Origin: Patulibacter minatonensis
Lineage (GTDB): Bacteria; Actinomycetota; Thermoleophilia; Solirubrobacterales; Solirubrobacteraceae
DNA length: 64,000 nt
Assembly (NCBI GenBank): GCA_036946195.1
Contig: JAQIJQ010000005.1
Location: 41,456-105,455, forward strand
Direction of reading: 5' to 3'
The stretch's first letter is position 1; each line of letters begins with the position of its first letter. This document shows, in pieces, positions 45,891-58,162 of this stretch. Both the position numbers and the translations under genes were made by a program. A model generated the notes under the pieces. It worked only from the letters and a program-made list of their open reading frames with translations, searched no databases and was not told the DNA's origin.

Positions 45891-47345
45891 ATGCCCCGCC
45901 CCACACTCCGGCTCGCCGCCGGCGCCGCGATCGGCACAGCCACCATCGGCGCCGCCTTCGCCGCCGGCCCGGTCGCTGCCACCAGCCCCGCGTCCACGAC
46001 GCTGCCGCAGCCGCGTTCGTTCGCGGCCACCTGCGATTTCGGAAGAGGCACCTCGGTCGCGACCGTCGTCGAGATCGACAGCTCGGCGATCCCGCCGACG
46101 GCGCCCGCCCGCACGAAGCTGCCGTCGCCCACGCTGCCGGTGACGATCGACGTGCGCTTCACGGCCGAGCAGAACGAGGCGGTGTTCGGTGGTTTCCGCC
46201 GGGCGAGCAACCCGGCCGTCAGCCTGACCGCCTCGGAGGTCCGGCTGGGCGCGAGCGTCGTCGGCGATCGCGGCATCATCGACTACCCGTTGAGCTTCCC
46301 GCTCGGGCGCAGCCGCGCGCTGCCGTTGCCGCCGCTGAACTCCGCCGGCTCGATCACGGTCAACGCGACCATCACCTCGCCGGCGCTCACGTTCCCCGCC
46401 CCGGACTCACTGCGCTGGACCCTCGCCGACTTCGACCTCGACGAGGTGCGCCTGCTGCGGCAGGACGGCACCTACTGGCCGAGCGCGATCACGCCGGTCG
46501 ACTCCGAACCGACGTACCCGCCCGTGCACTGCACGCTCGACCAGCCCGGGGTCTTCGCCACGACCGAGATCACTGCCGTCGTCCCGACCCCCACGCCGAC
46601 GGCCACCCCGCCGGGCACGGCGATCACCACGCCGGTGCCGACGCCGGTCGCCACCGGGACGCCGACTCCGACGCCGACCGTCACGACCCCGCCGACCCCG
46701 ACCCCCGGATCCGAGGACCTCGACCCGACCCCGGTGCCGACGCGCACGCCGACGGTGACCCCGCCCGGCACGGCGATCACGACGCCGACCCCGACCGCAG
46801 CGGTCACGCTGCCGCCGAACACGGTCGCGCCGGGCGTCGATCGAAGCTACGGGATGTCCGGTTCGGCCGTGCTCAAGAACCTCACGAAGGGCACCGTGCC
46901 GCTCTCGGGCACCGCGAACCTCGGCTGGCCGCCGTCGACCGGTGACGTGAACGGCGCGCTCACGTTCATCCCCACCTCGGCCAAGCTCCTCGCCCTCGGG
47001 TTCCTGCCCGTGACGGCCGACGTCGAGATCGTGCCGCTCACCCCGGCAGTCGGCCGCTTCGACACGCCCGACACGCTGTCGCTCAAGACGACCGCGCGGA
47101 TCAAGCTACCCAACGTCAGGGCCCTCGGGATCCCCGTCGGCGGCGGCAAGGACTGCCAGACGAAGAACCCGTCGGCGATCAAGCTCGCGTCCGTCGGCTC
47201 CTTCGTGCCGTCCGCCGGGGGCGCGCTCTCGGGGACGTTCAACATCAGCGACCTCACCGGCTGCGGATTCCTGAACGGACTGATCTCGCCGCTGACCGCG
47301 GGCGCGAGCAACGCGATCTCGCTCAAGCTCACCGCCAAGCAGTAG
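45891..47345 (+). CDS. Secreted two-domain hypothetical protein, paralogue 2
   Basis: ATG 45891 follows GGAGG. Signal peptide 'LRLAAGAAIGTATIGAAFAAGPVAA'. Long Pro/Thr linker with an internal repeat 'TPPGTAITTP' x2. C-domain 'LKNLTKGTVPLSGT...ALGFLPVTADV...CQTKNPSA...LSGTFNISDLTGCGFL...SPLTAGASNAISLKL'. Confidence 0.8.
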   Translation: MPRPTLRLAAGAAIGTATIGAAFAAGPVAATSPASTTLPQPRSFAATCDFGRGTSVATVVEIDSSAIPPTAPARTKLPSPTLPVTIDVRFTAEQNEAVFGGFRRASNPAVSLTASEVRLGASVVGDRGIIDYPLSFPLGRSRALPLPPLNSAGSITVNATITSPALTFPAPDSLRWTLADFDLDEVRLLRQDGTYWPSAITPVDSEPTYPPVHCTLDQPGVFATTEITAVVPTPTPTATPPGTAITTPVPTPVATGTPTPTPTVTTPPTPTPGSEDLDPTPVPTRTPTVTPPGTAITTPTPTAAVTLPPNTVAPGVDRSYGMSGSAVLKNLTKGTVPLSGTANLGWPPSTGDVNGALTFIPTSAKLLALGFLPVTADVEIVPLTPAVGRFDTPDTLSLKTTARIKLPNVRALGIPVGGGKDCQTKNPSAIKLASVGSFVPSAGGALSGTFNISDLTGCGFLNGLISPLTAGASNAISLKLTAKQ

Positions 47346-47377
47346 CGCTCGCCATACCGCTGCTGCGCGGATGGGTC

Positions 47378-47414
47378 GTGCCCCGGGCCGGTGGGAAGCC
47401 GGCCCGGGAGGCAC
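47378..47414. terminator. GC-rich hairpin between convergent paralogue 2 (+) and lhr (-)
   Basis: GTGCC-CCGGGCCGG-TGGGAAG-CCGGCCCGG-GA-GGCAC. A 14-bp stem with a 2-nt bulge, abutting the lhr stop codon. No clear U-tract. Confidence 0.45.
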
Positions 47415-47415
47415 G

Positions 47416-52173
<4,758 letters not shown>

Positions 52174-52207
52174 CGACTGATCTACGGACGCAGACGTCAC
52201 GCTGTTC

Positions 52208-52237
52208 ACTCTACGCGCCCAGGGAACACACGTTCGC
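52208..52237 (-). promoter_or_regulatory. Candidate lhr promoter: SOS-box-like GAAC-N4-GTTC overlapping the -35 region, plus a TAGAGT -10
   Basis: Minus strand reads GCGAACGTGTGTTCCC (52237-52222), matching 9 of 12 positions of TCGAAC-N4-GTTCGA. TAGAGT (52213-52208) follows 10 nt later. Confidence 0.35.
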
Positions 52238-52502
52238 CGCAGGCGGTCCCGGCGGCACCCCCGACCCGTCACGGGCGCGGAGCGCCGGGCTCGGTCGGAG
52301 GTTCGTATGGGTTCCCCACCCCATGGCCGGGAGCGGCGCTGAAAGCCCGAATTCTGGGGAGAGGCGGCCCGTATCCCCCGCCTGGACAGGTGGCCAGCAC
52401 TGTTCAGCTGGCCGAACCAGTTGCCGAGCATTGGTTCAAGTGGAGCTGGGCCAAGGAGGCCGCAGCTCGAAACGACCGCCTCACCGCTTCACGGGCACTC
52501 AC

Positions 52503-55139
52503 ATGGATCAGCACCAGCACACGCGTCAGAGCGTCCCACCACCAACCAGCGACCCGCGCCCCACCGAGGGCGCGCTGCTCATGCCGTCGCTCGTCGCGGC
52601 GCATGCCGTGCCCGCGGGTGCCTACGCCCCCGACGCCTCCGCTGCCCCGGTCCACCCCACCCAGTACGCCGCATCGGCTCCGGCACCCCCGCACGCCTTC
52701 GCCGAGCCGACCCCGCCCGCGACCGTGTCGTGGAGCGAGCCCGAGCAGGATGACGAATGGGAGACGCAGCCGCCGGCTGCGCTCGTGCTCGCCGCCACCC
52801 TCGCCGCCTACGTGCTCCTCGCCATCTGGGGCATGCAGCTCGCTGGACCGGGGGGCATCACGGACTGGTTCCCGGCCGCCGGCCTCGCCATCGCCGCCGT
52901 CACCCTCGGCGGCCGCAACTTCGTGGCGGTCCCGCTACTCGGCACCCTCATCGCGACGCCGCTCTCCATGCCCGACGCCTCGCTCACCGGCACGCTCGTC
53001 ATGGGCATCACCACCGCCGCGAGCTACGGCTTCGGCGGCCTGGCCCTGCGCCGCACGCTCGATCTCGAGCACCCGTTCTCGAAGGTCCACGACGCATGGG
53101 TGCTGATCGGCGTCGGCACCGTGGTCGTGCCCGTCCTCGCGGCCCTCACGGGCATCGGAGGCCTCGTCGTGGCCGGCGCGGTGCCGGCCACCAGCGAGAG
53201 CTGGAACGCGGTGGGCCCGTTCATCCTCGGCGACGCCCTCGGCATCGCGACCGTCACCCCTGCCCTCTTCGTCGCCGCCGCCGCGTGGCGCCGCGAACCC
53301 CGCCTGGCCTCGCTGATCCCGGCCGCGGTGTTCCAGCGCCCCGAGTCGTTCGGCGCCATGGCCGTCCTCGTCATCGCCACGCCGCTCCTCTACCTCCTCG
53401 GCGGCCAGGACCTTCGCGCCATCGGCGTGCTGCCGCTCTGCTGGCTCGCCCTGCGGTTCGGCGTCGTCGGTGCCGTCGCCGGCTCGTTCGTCTGGTGCAT
53501 CTCGAGCGCCGCCGTCCTCACCTACGTGGGTGAGCGCAGCGAGCTCGGCGGGCTCCAGGGCTTCCTCCTCACGGGCTGCACGCTGGCCCTCATCGTCGGG
53601 TCGGTCGTCTCCGAGCGCGAGCGCACCCAGCGGGCCCTGCACCACCTCGCCATGCACGACCAGCCGAGCGGCCTGCCGAACGAGGCGCGCCTGCTGGCCC
53701 TCCTCACCGGCGCCCTGCGCGAGTCGCGCACCCGCGAGGTGACCACGATGCTCGTGCGCTTCGCCGGCCTGCGCCAGGTGGCCGCGAACCTCGAGAAGGA
53801 GAACACCGACCAGCTCGTGAGCCTGATCGTCGGGCGCCTCTCCGCGATCGCCGGCCCGCACGCGGTGCTCGCCCGCCCCGGCTTCGACCGTTTCGCCGTG
53901 CTCTTCACCGGCGGCAACGACGCAGCACGTCAGCAGATCGCCGAGGCCATCGCCGACGAGCTCAGCGCCCCGCTCCCCGTCGACAGCCGCGAGGTGTTCG
54001 TCGACCCGCGCGTCGGCATCACCGTCGGGCTGCCCGGCGAGGCCGCCGACGCCGTGCTCGCCCATGCCGACCACGCCGCCGACACCGCATCCGGGTCCGA
54101 CGGCCGTCGCGTCGGCTACTACGACGCTGCCATCGAGCGCGCGCGTCGCGAGCGCCAGGATCTCACGGAGGACCTCCGCCTCGCGACCGAGCGCGGCGAC
54201 TTCCTCCTGGCCTTTCAGCCGATCGTCACCGCCAAGGAGGGTCGCGTCGTCGCCGCCGAAGCGCTTCTGCGTTGGGTCGACAAGCGCCGCGGCCCCGTCA
54301 GCCCGGTCGACTTCATCCCCGTCGCCGAGGAGACGGGCCTCATCCTGCCGATCGGCCGCTGGGTCCTCCACGAGGCGTGCCGCCGGGCCGCGCAGTGGCC
54401 GCACGTCGGTGGTGAGCCGATCGGCGTGAGCGTGAACATCTCGCCGATCCAGCTGATGGACGACGGGTTCGTCGACGATGTCCGCGACGCGCTCGACCGT
54501 TCGGGCCTGCCGACGGAGCGCCTGCGCATCGAGATCACGGAGGGCATCGTGCTCGAGGACATCGACCGCACGATCCAGCAGATCAACCAGCTCCGCGAGA
54601 TGGGCGTCGAGACGATGCTCGACGACTTCGGCACCGGCCACAGCTCGCTCGCCTGGGTGCAGCGCCTGCCCGTCACCTGCATCAAGATCGACCGTGCGTT
54701 CGTCGGCGACATCGCCGAGGACGGCATCGATCGCGCCATCGTCCACGCCAGCCTCTACCTCTCGCGCGCCCTGGGCACCGAGACCGTGGCCGAAGGCGTG
54801 GAGACCGAAGCCCAGCGCGAGCAGCTCGTGCGCATGGGTTGCCAGAAGCTCCAGGGCTACCTCTTCGCCCGCCCGCAGCCGGCCGACGTGTTCCCGGACT
54901 GGCTCGCCAAGCAGCGCGCGATCGCCGCAGCCTCGAACCCGGTGCCGCAGGCCCCGATCGGCACGAACGACCTCCATCACCAGGCCTGGGAAGCGCCCGT
55001 CGCACCCGCACCGGCCAGCGCGAGCGCGCGTCCGTACAGCCCGTCGGTGTCGGTCACCCCGCGCGCCATGGCGACGGCCGCCCACCCGGACTCGGCCCTG
55101 CGGGCCGTGCCGACCGCGGATCCGCGCTTCGCCGCCTAG
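52503..55139 (+). CDS. MASE1-like membrane sensor with a degenerate GGDEF (GFDRF) domain and an EAL domain; predicted c-di-GMP phosphodiesterase
   Basis: About 878 aa from ATG 52503. Pro/Ala-rich N-terminus, about 8 TM segments. 'ARPGFDRFAVLF' replaces GGDEF. EAL set is intact: 'AEALLRW', 'VNISP', 'IEITEG', 'LDDFGTGHSSL', 'KIDRAF', 'TVAEGVE', 'LQGYLFARP'. Confidence 0.88.
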   Translation: MDQHQHTRQSVPPPTSDPRPTEGALLMPSLVAAHAVPAGAYAPDASAAPVHPTQYAASAPAPPHAFAEPTPPATVSWSEPEQDDEWETQPPAALVLAATLAAYVLLAIWGMQLAGPGGITDWFPAAGLAIAAVTLGGRNFVAVPLLGTLIATPLSMPDASLTGTLVMGITTAASYGFGGLALRRTLDLEHPFSKVHDAWVLIGVGTVVVPVLAALTGIGGLVVAGAVPATSESWNAVGPFILGDALGIATVTPALFVAAAAWRREPRLASLIPAAVFQRPESFGAMAVLVIATPLLYLLGGQDLRAIGVLPLCWLALRFGVVGAVAGSFVWCISSAAVLTYVGERSELGGLQGFLLTGCTLALIVGSVVSERERTQRALHHLAMHDQPSGLPNEARLLALLTGALRESRTREVTTMLVRFAGLRQVAANLEKENTDQLVSLIVGRLSAIAGPHAVLARPGFDRFAVLFTGGNDAARQQIAEAIADELSAPLPVDSREVFVDPRVGITVGLPGEAADAVLAHADHAADTASGSDGRRVGYYDAAIERARRERQDLTEDLRLATERGDFLLAFQPIVTAKEGRVVAAEALLRWVDKRRGPVSPVDFIPVAEETGLILPIGRWVLHEACRRAAQWPHVGGEPIGVSVNISPIQLMDDGFVDDVRDALDRSGLPTERLRIEITEGIVLEDIDRTIQQINQLREMGVETMLDDFGTGHSSLAWVQRLPVTCIKIDRAFVGDIAEDGIDRAIVHASLYLSRALGTETVAEGVETEAQREQLVRMGCQKLQGYLFARPQPADVFPDWLAKQRAIAAASNPVPQAPIGTNDLHHQAWEAPVAPAPASASARPYSPSVSVTPRAMATAAHPDSALRAVPTADPRFAA

Positions 55140-55202
55140 CCTCGGTGCCGAGCGCCTCCCCGCGGTGTCGCCGCGCGGCACGGACGACACCCGACACGCC
55201 GC

Positions 55203-55234
55203 CGCCTGAATCGGACCATGGTCCGATTCAGGCG
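55203..55234. promoter_or_regulatory. 32-bp perfect palindrome (candidate TetR operator; could also act as a terminator hairpin)
   Basis: CGCCTGAATCGGACCA|TGGTCCGATTCAGGCG. All 16 pairs are complementary. It ends 2 nt before the first possible start of the TetR gene and lies 64 nt after the GGDEF-EAL stop. Confidence 0.6.
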
Positions 55235-55236
55235 CG

Positions 55237-55953
55237 TTGGTGGTCGAGGACGGTGGCCGAGACCGGTACGCTCCCAGGACCGTGTCTTCCCCGACCCATG
55301 ACCGACCGGACATCGTGACCCCCTCGGCACTGCCGCAGCTCCCCGTGGCCGGCTCCGAGCAGGCGCCGCTGCGCGCCGATGCCCTCCGCAACCGTGAGCG
55401 CGTGCTCTGCGCGGCGCGGCGCGTGATCGAGCAGGTCGGCGCCGAGCACCTCACGATGGAGGCCGTCGCCGCCGAGGCCGGGGTCGGCAAGGGCACCGTC
55501 TTCCGCCGCTTCGGCGACCGCAGCTCGTTGCTCATGGCCCTGCTCGACGCCGAGGAGCGAGATCTCCAGAACGCCCTCCTGCACGGCCCGCCGCCGCTCG
55601 GCCCCGGTGCCGCGCCGCTCGAGCGCCTCATCGCCTATGGCGACGCCCGCCTCGAGCACATCGAGCGTCACGCCGAGCTCCTCGCCGCCGCCGCCACGGG
55701 CAGTGCCGGCCCGCAGGACGGCGAGCACCCGGTGCAGCGCGCGAGCCGCATGCACCTGTGGCACCTGCTCGTCTCCGCCGGGCACGAGCCGGAGCTCGCC
55801 GCGGTGCTCTCCTCCGCCCTGCTCGGGTTCCTCTGCGCCGCCAAGGTGCACGGCCTGATCTCGCAAGAGGGCCATACGCACGAGACGCTCGTCGCAGCCT
55901 GGGCAGCCCTTGCTGCAGGCGCCGTCGGTGCGGCCTCGGCGCCCCGGGCCTGA
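55237..55953 (+). CDS. TetR family transcriptional regulator
   Basis: HTH 'NRERVLCAARRVIEQVGAEHLTMEAVAAEAGVGKGTVFRRFGDRSSLLMALL'. The start is uncertain: TTG 55237, GTG 55240, GTG 55282 and GTG 55315 are all in frame. Confidence 0.8.
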   Translation: MVVEDGGRDRYAPRTVSSPTHDRPDIVTPSALPQLPVAGSEQAPLRADALRNRERVLCAARRVIEQVGAEHLTMEAVAAEAGVGKGTVFRRFGDRSSLLMALLDAEERDLQNALLHGPPPLGPGAAPLERLIAYGDARLEHIERHAELLAAAATGSAGPQDGEHPVQRASRMHLWHLLVSAGHEPELAAVLSSALLGFLCAAKVHGLISQEGHTHETLVAAWAALAAGAVGAASAPRA

Positions 55954-55974
55954 ACCGCCCGATATCCTCGCGGC

Positions 55975-56508
55975 GTGCTGCTTGCCCCGCTCCGCTCCCC
56001 GCGCCCGCTGCTGCTGCTCGCCGCGATCAGCGCGCCGCTCGCGCTCACCGCGTGCACGGCCCAGCAGTCGAGCTCCGCGGGCTCGCTGAAGGGCGCTCAG
56101 GTCGACGTCCAGGACGTGGTCACCAAGCTCGGCGACTACGGCAACGACGGCGACTCCGCCTCGATCTGCGACAAGCTCTTCACCCCCGAGCTGAAGGCCG
56201 AGTTCGCGAAGGTCGCCGGCGGTGACTGCACGAAGGCCGTCGACCGGGCGATCCTCGCCGCCGACTACCCGAAGCTCGTCGTCGACGACGTGAAACTGAA
56301 CGGCGACGACAAGACCGCCCTCAGCGCCACCGCGTACACGATGGTCCAGAAGGACGGCCCGAAGCGCGCGATCAGCCTCGTGCGCGCCGATGCCAAGTCC
56401 GGCTGGAGGATCGCCGACCTCGCCGCAAAGGCCAGCGACGCGCCCGCGGCTTCGACCCCCGCGAGCACGTCGCCGAAGGCGACGACGCCCAAGTCGACCA
56501 CCCCGTAG
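55975..56508 (+). CDS. Lipoprotein, function unknown
   Basis: 177 aa. Lipobox 'LALTAC' after a hydrophobic signal sequence. Ser/Thr/Pro-rich C-terminal tail. Confidence 0.7.
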   Translation: MLLAPLRSPRPLLLLAAISAPLALTACTAQQSSSAGSLKGAQVDVQDVVTKLGDYGNDGDSASICDKLFTPELKAEFAKVAGGDCTKAVDRAILAADYPKLVVDDVKLNGDDKTALSATAYTMVQKDGPKRAISLVRADAKSGWRIADLAAKASDAPAASTPASTSPKATTPKSTTP

Positions 56509-56532
56509 ACCACGACCCCGAATCGGAACGCT

Positions 56533-57231
56533 ATGTCCCAGCAGTCCGTCTTCTTCGCCCGCGCCCTGCAGCTCATCGCCGAGCACGGTGCCGACAGCGA
56601 TCTCACCCAGCGCCTGACGTCCCTCGAGGAGACGAGCACCCCGTTCCGCGGGCAGGATCTGCAGGCGGCCTACGCCGCCAACCCCGAGGTCGTGTTCCGG
56701 CACCTCTCGACGCTCACCGAGATCGCCTACGAGGAGATCGCCGAGCTCTACGAGGCGGTCACCGCCCTCCTGGGGCGCCACGGCGTGACGGGTGGCGAGC
56801 GGGAGCTCGGGCTCCTCGCCTGGCTCGCGGAGTGCGCCGACGTGGCCGTGGTGAACGCCGCCGCGAACGGCTACACCGACGACCGCAGCGTCGTCCTGCA
56901 CGACGGCTTCGCGCTGCTGCGGGCCCCCGAGCCGCCGTCGCGGGCGGTCGCGCAGAAGGCCCGCGCCCTGGCCACCGGCATCAGCCGCCAGTTCAGCTCG
57001 ACCGTGCTCAACACCGACAACGACGACGATTACCAGGCGATCGCCGTCCTGGACTTCCTCGCGCACTGGCTCTACCGCGATTTCCCGGCGCGCTCCGATC
57101 CGGCGCGCGCGATCGTCGAGGAGGCGGGCGCGCACCAGCTCGTCGTGTCGGCCTTCGTGTTCGACAACGTCGCCTGGGCCGTCGGCGGCCTCGTCGCGCA
57201 GCTCCCCGCGACCTCGGCCAGCGCCGCCTGA
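56533..57231 (+). CDS. Hypothetical cytoplasmic protein
   Basis: 232 aa with normal acidic composition ('FFARALQLIAEHGADSDLTQRLTSLEE...'). No motif recognised. Confidence 0.6.
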   Translation: MSQQSVFFARALQLIAEHGADSDLTQRLTSLEETSTPFRGQDLQAAYAANPEVVFRHLSTLTEIAYEEIAELYEAVTALLGRHGVTGGERELGLLAWLAECADVAVVNAAANGYTDDRSVVLHDGFALLRAPEPPSRAVAQKARALATGISRQFSSTVLNTDNDDDYQAIAVLDFLAHWLYRDFPARSDPARAIVEEAGAHQLVVSAFVFDNVAWAVGGLVAQLPATSASAA

Positions 57232-57310
57232 CGCACCCACACCGGGGCTGGGCGCATGGGCGCTCGGCGACCGGCGCGGCGCCCTTCGCCGCCTGTAAGG
57301 GTGCCCAGCG

Positions 57311-57925
57311 ATGAGCAGCATGGTGGACTGGGTGACGGACGCGGTCGAGGCCGGGGGTTACCCGGCCCTCACGGGTCTGATCCTGCTCGAGAACCTGTTC
57401 CCACCGATCCCGTCGGAGCTCATCCTGCCGCTCGCCGGCTTCTCCGTCGGTCGCGGCGATCTCGTGTTCGCGCTGGCCGTGCTCGCAGCGACGATCGGCT
57501 CGGTCGTCGGGGCCGTGATCCTCCACCAGATCGCAAAGCGCGGCGGCCGCCCGCTCATCTATCGCTTCGGACCGAAGGTGCGCCTCTCTCGGCGAGACCT
57601 CGACCGCGCCGACGCGTGGTTCGACCGCTACGGCCTCTGGTTCGTGCTCTTCGGCCGCCTCATCCCGGGCGTGCGCAGCCTCGTGTCGATCCCGGCCGGC
57701 CTCTCGGAGATGCCGATGGGACGCTTCATCCTGCTGACCACCGTCGGGTCGGCGGTGTGGAACACGCTCCTCATCGGCGTCGGCCGGGCGCTCGGCGAGA
57801 ACTGGGAGGAGGTCGCGACGGTCGTCGGGCCGATGTCGAAGATCGCCGTCTTCGCCCTCGCCGGCCTGATGGTCGCGCTCGCCGTGTGGCTGGTGCGCCG
57901 CCAGCGGGGCGTACGCACCGCGTAG
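57311..57925 (+). CDS. DedA family membrane protein
   Basis: 204 aa. 'LILLENLFPPIPSELILPLAGF', 'FGRLIPGVRSLVSIPAG'. Confidence 0.88.
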   Translation: MSSMVDWVTDAVEAGGYPALTGLILLENLFPPIPSELILPLAGFSVGRGDLVFALAVLAATIGSVVGAVILHQIAKRGGRPLIYRFGPKVRLSRRDLDRADAWFDRYGLWFVLFGRLIPGVRSLVSIPAGLSEMPMGRFILLTTVGSAVWNTLLIGVGRALGENWEEVATVVGPMSKIAVFALAGLMVALAVWLVRRQRGVRTA

Positions 57926-58077
57926 GTCGCCCGCCACCGGAGCGCCGAGCCGCGTGGCGGCACCCGAACTGCCGAGCGGCAGGATCATCAGGGAGCGCCC
58001 GATCAGCCCCCTGGCCGGCGAAGGTGCCGGCGTCGGCGTTCCCGGTGCATCGGCCGCCAACCGGCCACCCGAAACGC

Positions 58078-58115
58078 CGCGGAGCGCGACTCGACGAATC
58101 GAGCCGCGCTCCGCG
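58078..58115 (-). terminator. Long hairpin downstream of the aldehyde dehydrogenase gene
   Basis: CGCGGAGCGCG-A-CTCGA-CGAA-TCGAG-C-CGCGCTCCGCG. 16 bp with one mismatch. On the minus strand it is followed by GCGTTTCGGG. Confidence 0.5.
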
Positions 58116-58162
58116 AACGCCCGAGCCCGCCGTCGGCGGCGGCGGCGGGCTGGTGGGTGATC

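Noticed and set aside
57954-58160. 68-aa ORF in the 237-bp DedA / aldehyde dehydrogenase convergent spacer
   Set aside because: Its composition is Arg/Ala/Pro-rich and ends in a poly-Arg run. It has no SD and overlaps the terminator hairpins, so it is probably non-coding.
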